Shown here piece by piece: positions 11,241 to 19,866 of a stretch of DNA of 64,000 nt. The translations under genes were made by a program, and so were the position numbers. This DNA is from an uncultured bacterium (GTDB lineage Bacteria; Armatimonadota; Abditibacteriia; Abditibacteriales; Abditibacteriaceae), in the NCBI GenBank assembly GCA_963843795.1, contig CAWJLW010000006.1, positions 310,001 to 374,000 on the forward strand. The letters run 5' to 3'. Positions within the stretch are counted from its first letter, which is position 1. The number at the start of each line of letters is the position of its first letter. Under the pieces are notes generated by a model, which saw nothing but the letters and a program-made list of their open reading frames with translations, was not told the origin of the DNA and made no database searches.

Positions 11241-11303
11241 AATCCACCTCAATAATTGTTTGTAAAGCCCGGCAAGTACTTGCCGGGCGATTTTTGTTGA
11301 GTT

Positions 11304-11897
11304 TCAAACTTTGCTGCGCGAGATTTGCGCCACGATTTCCCGCGCTACTTCGCGCGCACTGGTGTTGTCGCCATCAATTACAATATCCGCACTCTCTTCG
11401 TACCATTGCGCACGATTTCTCAACAGTTCCTGCACGCGCTGCGTCGTCTGTTGCAAATTGAGTGCGCCTTGCCCATCAATCAGAGGGCGCGTGCCAGATT
11501 GACTGCGAATGCGTTGGGCTAAAGTTTGTGGCGTAGCGCGCAAATACACGACCGTCGCACAAGCATTTCGGAGCAACTGTCGATTTTCGCTTTGTGTCAC
11601 CACACCGCCGCCGGTCGACAGCACGCCATCATTTTGCAAGGCCGCTTGCAACAATTCAGTTTCCAGACCACGAAATGCAGCTTCGCCATGCAGAGCAAAA
11701 TAATCGGCAATCGAAGTCTCGATTGAATTTTCGATGAGCGCGTCCAAATCGCGCCACGGCCATTGCAGTTGCGCGGCCAGAAGTTGTCCGACGTGCGATT
11801 TGCCGCTGCCCATGAAACCGATGAGGACAATTTTATCGTTAGCAATATTTTGATTCATGCGTGCTGCAAGTACTTGCGATGCCATTTCGTTCATCAA
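11304..11897 (-). CDS. aroK: Shikimate kinase
   Basis: LIGFMGSGKS, GEAAFR, STGGG, RPL; true start may be ATG 11858. Confidence 0.93.
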   Translation of the reverse strand: MMNEMASQVLAARMNQNIANDKIVLIGFMGSGKSHVGQLLAAQLQWPWRDLDALIENSIETSIADYFALHGEAAFRGLETELLQAALQNDGVLSTGGGVVTQSENRQLLRNACATVVYLRATPQTLAQRIRSQSGTRPLIDGQGALNLQQTTQRVQELLRNRAQWYEESADIVIDGDNTSAREVAREIVAQISRSKV

Positions 11898-11903
11898 AGC
11901 TGC

Positions 11904-13214
11904 TCACGAGCGCAAATGATTCTGGCCGCGCACGATGTATTTATTGGTCGTCAGCGCTTCCAAACCCAGCGGCCCGCGCGCGTGCAACTTTTGCGTCGAG
12001 ATGCCGATTTCCGCGCCCAAACCGAACTCGAAACCATCGGTGAAACGCGTCGAAGCGTTGGCGTAAACCGCTGCGGCATCGACACGGTTGAGAAAAATTT
12101 CGGCGTTGGCGTAATCGCGCGTGACAATTGCTTCGGAATGGCCAGTACCATGATTTTCGATGTGTTCCAATGCGCTTTCCAAATCATCGACAAGGGCAAT
12201 CGACAAAATTAAATCGTTGTATTCCGTGTCCCAATCTTCATCTGTCGCTTCTGGCATCGCGACAATTGCGCGCGCGTTTTCGTCACCGCGCAATTCAACG
12301 CCCGCGCTTTTTAAACGCCCACAGATTGGAGCAAGTACTTGCGTGGCACAATTGCGATGCACGAGCAGCGTTTCCAGCGCGTTGCACGTACTGGGACGTT
12401 GAACTTTGGCGTTAAAAACCAGTTCGACAGCATCTTCGACTTGCGCCGATTCATCGACAAACATATGACAAACGCCACCGGCGGCGAAAATAATGGGCAC
12501 GGTTGCGACTGCCGAAAGCGATTTTTTCAAAGCCTCGCCGCCGCGCGGCACGATTAAATCAATCAAGCCCGACAACTGCGCCATTTCGGTCGTCGCGGCG
12601 CGGTCGGTCGTATTAATCATGGCAATCGCACCATCGGGCAAACCGCATTTTTGTGCGGCTTCATTGAGAATTTCGCCCAGCAGCGTGTTGGAGTGAAAGG
12701 CTTCGCTTCCTCCGCGCAAAATCGTCGCGTTGCCGCTTTTAAGGCACAAAATCGCCGCTTCAACGGTGACGTTGGGACGCGATTCGTAGATAATTCCGAT
12801 AACGCCTAATGGTGTGCGCACCTGCTCGATTTTCAATCCGTTGGGCAAAGTTTGCCCTCCGGTAATTTGTCCGACCGGATCGGGCAACGCGGCGACTTGA
12901 CGACAACTTTCGGCCATCGCTGCGATGCGCTGCGGTGTGAGTTTCAAGCGATCCAACATCGCTTCGCTCAAGCCGCGCTCGCGTCCGGCGACCAAATCGC
13001 GCCCGTTGGTTTCGATAATTTCCGCTTCTCGCTCGATCAAAGCATCCGCCATGGCGTGCAGCGCGTCGTCTTTCTGTTTCGACGACAGAGCGCGCAACTT
13101 TCCAGAAGCGCGCTTAGCTTTTTCGGCCAAAGCGACAATTTGAGCACGCAGCGGATTTTCAGAATCGGCGTGACCGTTTTGAGAATGAGGTGCGTTTGAG
13201 ATTTCGATTTTCAT
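11904..13214 (-). CDS. proA: Gamma-glutamyl phosphate reductase
   Basis: PLGVIGIIYESRPNV, CNALETLL, NASTRFTDGFEFGLGAEIGISTQKLHARGP. Confidence 0.97.
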   Translation of the reverse strand: MKIEISNAPHSQNGHADSENPLRAQIVALAEKAKRASGKLRALSSKQKDDALHAMADALIEREAEIIETNGRDLVAGRERGLSEAMLDRLKLTPQRIAAMAESCRQVAALPDPVGQITGGQTLPNGLKIEQVRTPLGVIGIIYESRPNVTVEAAILCLKSGNATILRGGSEAFHSNTLLGEILNEAAQKCGLPDGAIAMINTTDRAATTEMAQLSGLIDLIVPRGGEALKKSLSAVATVPIIFAAGGVCHMFVDESAQVEDAVELVFNAKVQRPSTCNALETLLVHRNCATQVLAPICGRLKSAGVELRGDENARAIVAMPEATDEDWDTEYNDLILSIALVDDLESALEHIENHGTGHSEAIVTRDYANAEIFLNRVDAAAVYANASTRFTDGFEFGLGAEIGISTQKLHARGPLGLEALTTNKYIVRGQNHLRS

Positions 13215-13345
13215 ACTTTGATTATAAGTTGCGCAGCACAGCGAAACAAAAAGCGCGCTGCACGTTACTTGCCCTCACGGGGCGTTGAGACTTCGACGCT
13301 TAATTTTGGCAATTGGCGATGCTATGTTTAGACGGATGATAAAAG

Positions 13346-13379
13346 AAAAGCTCCCTGCAAGTACCTGCAGGGAGCTTTT
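13346..13379 (-). terminator. Terminator-like hairpin with variant core GCAAGTACCTGC
   Basis: AAAAGCTCCCT-core-AGGGAGCTTTT just downstream of the 13398 stop. Confidence 0.65.
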
Positions 13380-13397
13380 GATTCAATATAGGTCGAT

Positions 13398-13622
13398 TTA
13401 TTCGCCGTCGCCGCCATCGCGCGGGCCGGGTTTGGGCGCGGGCTTGCGTGGGCCTTTATCATCTTTATCCGCTACTGTATTCGGGTTCGGATAATGCAAA
13501 GAGGTAACCTGTGGTGCAGTGACCGCCGAATTGGCTTGCGCGGGCGCGCTTAACAGTGCGATGCTAAACGGAACAATTAACAACAGCGTGACAATATGGC
13601 GAATGGAAAATTTGGTGTTCAT
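13398..13622 (-). CDS. Small secreted hypothetical protein (74 aa)
   Basis: AAGGA RBS, signal peptide ending PAQA, own terminator. Confidence 0.65.
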   Translation of the reverse strand: MNTKFSIRHIVTLLLIVPFSIALLSAPAQANSAVTAPQVTSLHYPNPNTVADKDDKGPRKPAPKPGPRDGGDGE

Positions 13623-13756
13623 GCTTTTCACGTCCTTGCGGCTTCGTTTTTCATTGTAGCATAGAAAACGCAGTCGATGTTTACGAAAGACTCTGCGCCT
13701 ATCGACGTTACTGCGCCGCGCCGTGTTCATTCAAATTTAAGCTTTGCGCCAACTTT

Positions 13757-16048
13757 TTAGCTCATCAAATTTGGTATCGCATCATTGAACGCGCTCGAAA
13801 CCTGCGCCAAAGGCAAGTCGATAACTGTAGAAAGTAAGTTGGCGCGATTATCAGAAATCAGCAAACGCGCGCCGCCAACGGTGCCCAAAAACGTAATTGG
13901 GACGTGCGCCTGCTGCGCCAGTTCACGTAAGCGCGGCAAATGATCGGCGCTCAGTGAAAGTACAATGCGTGACTGTGTTTCGCCAAACAGCACGCTGTCC
14001 AGACGAATATCGCGCGCATCGGCCACCGATTCGGCCAACTCGATTTTTGCGCCCAATCCGCTGATGATACAGCTTTCGGCAATCGCAACCGCCAAACCGC
14101 CATCCGCGCAATCGTGTGCCGAATGCACCAAACCGGAACGAATCGCGGCTAAAGTGAGCTTTTGCACCGCGAGTTCGCGTTCTAAATTCAACTCCGGTGG
14201 CACGCCGGCTTCGGTATCATGAATCGTCGCCAAATATTCGCTGCCGCCCAGTTCGTCGCGGCACTGTCCGACTAAGACGATCAAATCGCCCGCTTTTTGA
14301 AAGCCTGAACCGACGTGCGCTTCCACATCAGGCAGCACGCCGACCATGCCGATAAGCGGCGAGGGATGAATTACCGAGTCGGCGGTTTCGTTATATAAGG
14401 AAACGTTGCCCGAAACGACCGGCAGATGATAATGTTTGCACGCATCGACGATGCCTTCGATGGCGCGCTTGAACTGCCAGAAACGGTCGGGCTTTTCGGG
14501 GTTGCCAAAGCACAAACAATCGGTCACACCCGCCGGCTCGGCACCCACGCACACTAAATTGCGTGCACATTCGGCAATCGCCAAACGCGCGCCTTCATAC
14601 GGATCGAGATAGCAGTAACGCGAATTGCAATCGGTCGTGACCGCGATGCCTTTATTGGTTTTCGATTCGCGAATTCGCAGCACAGCAGCATCGCCCGCGC
14701 CCGGAATCAAAGCCGTATTAACTTGCACCGAATGATCGTATTGGCTGTAAGCCCACGCTTTGGACGCAATATTGGGCGCGCTCAGTAAACGTAGCAGGAC
14801 CGAGTTCATATCGCCCGGAACATTAAGTTTCGCGGCGTCGAACGCGCGCGTTGCTTTGAGATATTCCGGCTCTTCAAACGGCAAATCGTAAGTCGGTGCG
14901 TCGGCCAAACTTTGCGCACTCATTTCGGCGACCACTTCGCCGCGATGTGTGATCGTGAGAATGCCATCGTCGGTGACTTCACCCAGCACGCGAGCGTGCG
15001 CGCCCCAACGGGCGAAGATGTTGGCGACTTCGTTCTCGCGTCCTTTGGCCACCACAGCGAGCATACGTTCCTGCGACTCGCTCATCATGATTTCAAAGGC
15101 TTCCATGTCGTCTTCGCGTAAGGGCACTTGATCCAAATCAATCGTCATGCCGACGCCGCCTTCTGCGGCTTGCTCGCACGTCGTGCAAGTCAAACCTGCC
15201 GCGCCCATATCTTTCATCGAAACAATGGCTCCGGTCGCGAGAGCTTCGATGCAAGCTTCAATTAAACATTTTTCGGCAAACGGATCACCGACTTGAACCG
15301 TCGGGCGCGCGGCCAAATCGCTCATTTCGTGCGAGGCCAGAACCGAACAGCCGCCGATGCCGTCGCGTCCGGTCGCGTTGCCGAAATACATTACCGAGTT
15401 GCCCGCGCCGCTCGCCGCGCCGCTGGCAATTTTGCCTTCTTCGACCACTCCCACGCTCATCGCACCGACCAAACAGTTGCCACGAAAACTCGGATTGAAA
15501 GCCACTTCGCCGCCCACAGTCGGAACGCCGATGCTGTTGCCGTACCACGAAATGCCTTCGACCACGCCCGCGAACAGATAGCGCGCTTTGGCTCCGTGTT
15601 CGGGATCGTCCAATTCGCCAAAACGCAACGCATCCAAACAGGCAATCGGACGCGCGCCGACGGTGAAAATGTCGCGCACAATGCCACCGATGCCGGTCGC
15701 CGCGCCCTGACGCGGTTCGACTTGCGACGGATGGTTGTGCGATTCCATTTTGAAAACGATATACAAACCGTCTTCCAGTTCGATTCCGCCGGTGTCGGCA
15801 CCGCTTACCGCCGCGTAATGGCCGGTTTTAGGGAACGTTTTGAGCAGGTTTTTCGAGCGCGGATAGCCGCAATGCTCACTCCATTCGACCGAATACATTG
15901 CCAATTCGGTCGAAGATGGCTCGCGGTCAAGAATCTCGACGACGCGCTGGTATTCGCCTTCGGTCATGCCCAGTACGCGTGCTTTTTGCAGCATATCGGG
16001 CGAAATCTCCGGCGTTGATTGAATGTCAGTTTCGGTCGAAGCAGCCAT
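13757..16048 (-). CDS. purL: Phosphoribosylformylglycinamidine synthase subunit PurL (small type)
   Basis: WSEHCGY, ESHNHPS, GAATGIGGIVRD, DMGAAG, SESQERM, VSGNVSLYN. Confidence 0.97.
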   Translation of the reverse strand: MAASTETDIQSTPEISPDMLQKARVLGMTEGEYQRVVEILDREPSSTELAMYSVEWSEHCGYPRSKNLLKTFPKTGHYAAVSGADTGGIELEDGLYIVFKMESHNHPSQVEPRQGAATGIGGIVRDIFTVGARPIACLDALRFGELDDPEHGAKARYLFAGVVEGISWYGNSIGVPTVGGEVAFNPSFRGNCLVGAMSVGVVEEGKIASGAASGAGNSVMYFGNATGRDGIGGCSVLASHEMSDLAARPTVQVGDPFAEKCLIEACIEALATGAIVSMKDMGAAGLTCTTCEQAAEGGVGMTIDLDQVPLREDDMEAFEIMMSESQERMLAVVAKGRENEVANIFARWGAHARVLGEVTDDGILTITHRGEVVAEMSAQSLADAPTYDLPFEEPEYLKATRAFDAAKLNVPGDMNSVLLRLLSAPNIASKAWAYSQYDHSVQVNTALIPGAGDAAVLRIRESKTNKGIAVTTDCNSRYCYLDPYEGARLAIAECARNLVCVGAEPAGVTDCLCFGNPEKPDRFWQFKRAIEGIVDACKHYHLPVVSGNVSLYNETADSVIHPSPLIGMVGVLPDVEAHVGSGFQKAGDLIVLVGQCRDELGGSEYLATIHDTEAGVPPELNLERELAVQKLTLAAIRSGLVHSAHDCADGGLAVAIAESCIISGLGAKIELAESVADARDIRLDSVLFGETQSRIVLSLSADHLPRLRELAQQAHVPITFLGTVGGARLLISDNRANLLSTVIDLPLAQVSSAFNDAIPNLMS

Positions 16049-16075
16049 AATTGAATGAATTTGAATTAAAGTTTT

Positions 16076-16486
16076 TTACGATTGGTTCGCCAAGCCCGCA
16101 AGTACTTGCACCTGAGTTTCCGTCACCGGAACGACGCTCAAGCGCGGCAAACGCACCAAATCCCAGTCCTGCAATTGGTCGCACGCTTTGATTTGCTGTA
16201 ACGTCACCGCGCGCTTCCATGGTTCGCCCGCGCGCACGTCGCAAACCGCCCACTTTTCGTCGTCGCCTTGCGGGTCGGCATACGCGCCGCGCGTCACCTT
16301 AGCCGTGCCAATACACGCGCGTTCGGTTCCGGTGTGATAGATAATTGCCACGTCGCCCTCTTGAATTTGCCGCAGATATTGCAACGCCAGAGGTTGTTTC
16401 ACGCCGTCCCAGACAGTTTCGCCGTCGCGCTGCAAATCGGCGAACGAGTAATGATCGGGTTCAGTTTTTAGGAGCCAAATCGCCAT
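16076..16486 (-). CDS. EVE domain protein
   Basis: WLLKTEP..YSFADL, WDGV, YHTG, RLSVVPV. Confidence 0.9.
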   Translation of the reverse strand: MAIWLLKTEPDHYSFADLQRDGETVWDGVKQPLALQYLRQIQEGDVAIIYHTGTERACIGTAKVTRGAYADPQGDDEKWAVCDVRAGEPWKRAVTLQQIKACDQLQDWDLVRLPRLSVVPVTETQVQVLAGLANQS

Positions 16487-16630
16487 GAGGATGAACTACA
16501 GAGAACACAAAAATCACAAAAAACGAGAAGCACGGGGATTGAGTTCTGATTCTTCGCGCAAGTACTTGCAGAGTGTTTTAAAAATTTTTGCGCTCTTCGT
16601 GTTCTCTTAGCAGTTTTGCACTGAATCGAA

Positions 16631-17374
16631 TCAGTCGTCGCGCACGCTAAGCAGGCCGGAATCGCGGCTACGCGGGCGATCTGTAGCGAACGGTTCGACA
16701 ATCGAGCGAAAAATCAGCAAGCCATCTTCGCTGCCCAGCAGCATTTCGCTCGCGGCTTCGGGGTGCGGCATCAGGCCGAACACATTGCCGTCGGCGTTCA
16801 TTACACCCGCGATATTGCCGACGCTGCCGTTGGGATTAAATTCCGCCGTCACATCGCCTTCGGGCGACGAATAGCGCAGCAGGATTTGGCGCGCGCTTTC
16901 CAAATCGCGCAAGGTTGCGCGGTCGCAATAGTATGAACCTTCGCCGTGACGAACCGGCAATTGCAGGACGTCGCCGATAGAAGTGAGTTGGAGGAAACGA
17001 TTGTCGTTGTTCTCGACGCGCACGCAGGCGCGCGTGTCACAGCGAAAATGGCCGGTTGCGTTGCGCCGCAAAGCGCCCGGCAAGAGTCCGGCTTCGCACA
17101 GAATTTGAAAACCGTTGCAGATGCCGACGACCGGTTTGCCAAGGCCCGCAAATTCACTGACCGAATCCATGACGGGCGAAAATTGCGCGATGCAACCGGT
17201 GCGCAGATAATCGCCATGCGCGAAACCGCCCGGCAAAATAATCGCGTCGAAGGCCGACAAATCGGTGTCGCCGTGCCAGACCAGACGACCGGTGTGGCCC
17301 ATCACTTCGCGCACGACGTGAAGGCAATCGCGCTCGCAGTTGGTGCCGGGAAAAACAATGATGCCGAAATGCAT
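16631..17374 (-). CDS. purQ: FGAM synthase glutaminase subunit PurQ
   Basis: FPGTNC, PGGFAHGDYLR, GICNGFQIL, GLMPHPE. Confidence 0.97.
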   Translation of the reverse strand: MHFGIIVFPGTNCERDCLHVVREVMGHTGRLVWHGDTDLSAFDAIILPGGFAHGDYLRTGCIAQFSPVMDSVSEFAGLGKPVVGICNGFQILCEAGLLPGALRRNATGHFRCDTRACVRVENNDNRFLQLTSIGDVLQLPVRHGEGSYYCDRATLRDLESARQILLRYSSPEGDVTAEFNPNGSVGNIAGVMNADGNVFGLMPHPEAASEMLLGSEDGLLIFRSIVEPFATDRPRSRDSGLLSVRDD

Positions 17375-17448
17375 AATCGGAAGAGGGAATTTAGAATTTG
17401 GAAATTAGAATGGGTGGTGCAGATACTTGCACCGCAGAAATTATGCGT

Positions 17449-18171
17449 TTACGCTTTGGGCGGACGGACGAAAACCCACGGCACTAATCCGCTTTGACGC
17501 GCGATTTGGCCGCGTTTGGTATCATCGGGGTAAGTATCCAAAGTGCTGCCACTGGAAACCACGTTTTCGCCTGCGCACAAAATCCACTGAGCGTTGTGCG
17601 CGTCCAACTGTTGGCGAATCCATTCGCCGTGCTTGCGCCACGCCAATTCATGCAACGCTAATTTGTCGGCGGGGCTGAGAGTTTGAAATCGTGCGAAATC
17701 CATCGCGAATGGTTCGGGCGTGGCGGCTTCGCTGCGACTGATTTTCGAATTGGCCAATTGCTCGCTGGGTGTCATCGCACTGGCCGGAGCGGTCGGAATA
17801 GTGGTTTGCGAGGAAGGAACTTCGCTTTGATTAACGGTTTCACCCGTCGAACTTACCACGCGCGCCGGCGAGCGATCCAGCGGCTGAACATCGACGACGT
17901 TGGGCGCATCGTCGCGCACTTGAGTTTCGTCGAAAGCGATTTCGTAATCTTCGATAACCGGATTGGCCAGCAGCTTTTGGCACATCTCTTCGAGTTGGTT
18001 TTGCAAAGCATTGCTGTCGGCGCCATCAGCGACTTCGACCGTAATGAATTTACCAATGCGCACATCGCGCACCGTTTCGTAACCCAGTTGATGCAGCGCT
18101 TTGGCGACCGTCGCGCCCTGCGTATCGAGAAGCGCCGGTTTAAGCGTGACGTGAATTTCCGCAATTGCCAT
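17449..18171 (-). CDS. purS: PurS with long C-terminal extension
   Basis: First ~80 aa VTLKPALLDTQG..VRIGK..MCQKLLANPVIEDY; then ~160 extra aa. Confidence 0.88.
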   Translation of the reverse strand: MAIAEIHVTLKPALLDTQGATVAKALHQLGYETVRDVRIGKFITVEVADGADSNALQNQLEEMCQKLLANPVIEDYEIAFDETQVRDDAPNVVDVQPLDRSPARVVSSTGETVNQSEVPSSQTTIPTAPASAMTPSEQLANSKISRSEAATPEPFAMDFARFQTLSPADKLALHELAWRKHGEWIRQQLDAHNAQWILCAGENVVSSGSTLDTYPDDTKRGQIARQSGLVPWVFVRPPKA

Positions 18172-18237
18172 ATTTTTCGTTCTCCAAATTTCAGCCCGAC
18201 AGTTTAAATCAAATCCACCTGCAAGTACTTGCAGCGT

Positions 18238-19599
18238 TCAGCCAACTACATCATCAACCAACTGCGCCGCCAGCCCGACATAGCTTTGCGGCGTCAATTC
18301 CAATAACCGTTTTTCTTCCTCTGCTGGCAACTTCAAGTTGCGAATAAAAATACGCAAATCGTCCAAATTCAAACGTTGGCCGCGCGTTAATTCCTTCAAT
18401 TGTTCGTAAGGATTGGCGTGACCAAATTTGCGCATCACGGTCTGCACCGCTTCGCCCAAAACTTCAGGATTCAATTCTAAGTCACGCGCCATCGCCGCTT
18501 CGTCTAACGAAAGCGCTTTCAAACCACGACGACACGCGCCCAGCGACAAAAAGCTGTGGCCGATGGCCACGCCCAAATTGCGCAGGGTCGAAGAATCGGT
18601 CAAGTCGCGCTGCAAACGTGAAATCGGCAGTTTCGCGGCCAGATGGCCCAAAAGTGCGCTGCTGATTTCGGCGTTGGCTTCGGAGTTTTCAAAGTTGATC
18701 GGATTGACTTTGTGCGGCATCGTCGAGCTGCCAACTTCGCCCGCGACGGTTTTCTGACGGAAATAGCCCAGCGAAATATACGTCCACACGTCGCGGTCAA
18801 AATCGACCGTAATCGCGTTGAAGCGCATTAGCGCGTGGCACGCTTCGGCGATGCCATCGTGCGATTCGATTTGCGTGGTCAGCGGATTGAAATCCAAGCC
18901 CAATCCAGTAATGAATTCGCGCGAAAAAGCGGGCCAATCGACGTCGGGGTAAGCCACGCTGTGGGCGTTCCAGTTGCCGACCGCACCGTTGATTTTGCCC
19001 GGATATTCCAAGTTTTCAATTTGCTGTATTTGCCGACGCCAGCGATAGACGAAAACACCCAGTTCTTTACCGATTGTGGTCGGCGAAGCGGGCTGTCCGT
19101 GCGTGCGCGCCAGCATCGAAGCGTCGCGCGTATCGCGACTGAGTTGCGCGACTTGTTCGACCAGTTCAATCGCTGAAGGCAACCATTGTTCGCGAATTCC
19201 GCCGCGCAACATCAAGGCATAAGCGAGATTGTTGATATCTTCGCTGGTGCACGCGAAATGAACCCATTCGCTGACATCGTTTAGCGTCGAGGGCGCGAGC
19301 TGTTCTTTAATCCAATATTCGACCGCTTTGACATCGTGCTTGGTCGTGGCTTCGATTTCTTTGACTTGTGCCGCGTCGTCTTCACCGAAATTTTTCAGCA
19401 AATCATCGAGAAAACTGTTTTCTTCGGCAGTGAAAGCGCGCACTTCGGCGATTTGAGGTTGCTGTGACAACGCGCGCAGCCAGGCGATTTCGACTTGCAC
19501 GCGATGCGCGATGAGTGCGGCTTCGGAAAAGTAGGGCGCGAGCGGCGCGCTTTGAGTTTGGTAACGGCCATCGAGTGGCGAAAGCATCGAAAGAGACAT
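18238..19599 (-). CDS. purB: Adenylosuccinate lyase
   Basis: LSPLDGRY, HDVKAVEY, ARTHGQPA, GSSTMPHKVNPINFENSE; start MSLSM at 19599. Confidence 0.96.
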   Translation of the reverse strand: MSLSMLSPLDGRYQTQSAPLAPYFSEAALIAHRVQVEIAWLRALSQQPQIAEVRAFTAEENSFLDDLLKNFGEDDAAQVKEIEATTKHDVKAVEYWIKEQLAPSTLNDVSEWVHFACTSEDINNLAYALMLRGGIREQWLPSAIELVEQVAQLSRDTRDASMLARTHGQPASPTTIGKELGVFVYRWRRQIQQIENLEYPGKINGAVGNWNAHSVAYPDVDWPAFSREFITGLGLDFNPLTTQIESHDGIAEACHALMRFNAITVDFDRDVWTYISLGYFRQKTVAGEVGSSTMPHKVNPINFENSEANAEISSALLGHLAAKLPISRLQRDLTDSSTLRNLGVAIGHSFLSLGACRRGLKALSLDEAAMARDLELNPEVLGEAVQTVMRKFGHANPYEQLKELTRGQRLNLDDLRIFIRNLKLPAEEEKRLLELTPQSYVGLAAQLVDDVVG

Positions 19600-19866
19600 A
19601 AAAATGAGTTTTGCGCACTGCAAGTACTTGCCACAAATAGTGCGTGGCGTTTGCGCAGCACGAAATGAAAACGCACAAAGATTGTAGCCCGCGAGCGCGT
19701 TTCTCACAATACACCAAAAAATGTTGGCTGCAATTCTGCGCCTGCGCTGAACTTTTTGCACGGCTTTGCGTCCATAAGGGGCAAACTTTTCTGCAAGCAC
19801 TTGCAGGGCTTCTCCGTTCCGAACTCTGTCGATTTCGTCCATTTATTTCGCTTGTCGAGGTCAAAT

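Noticed and set aside
17387..17414. Heptamer-like tandem GAATTTA/GAATTTG/GAAATTA/GAATGGG upstream of purQ
   Set aside because: Short, degenerate and AT-rich; cannot be distinguished from chance
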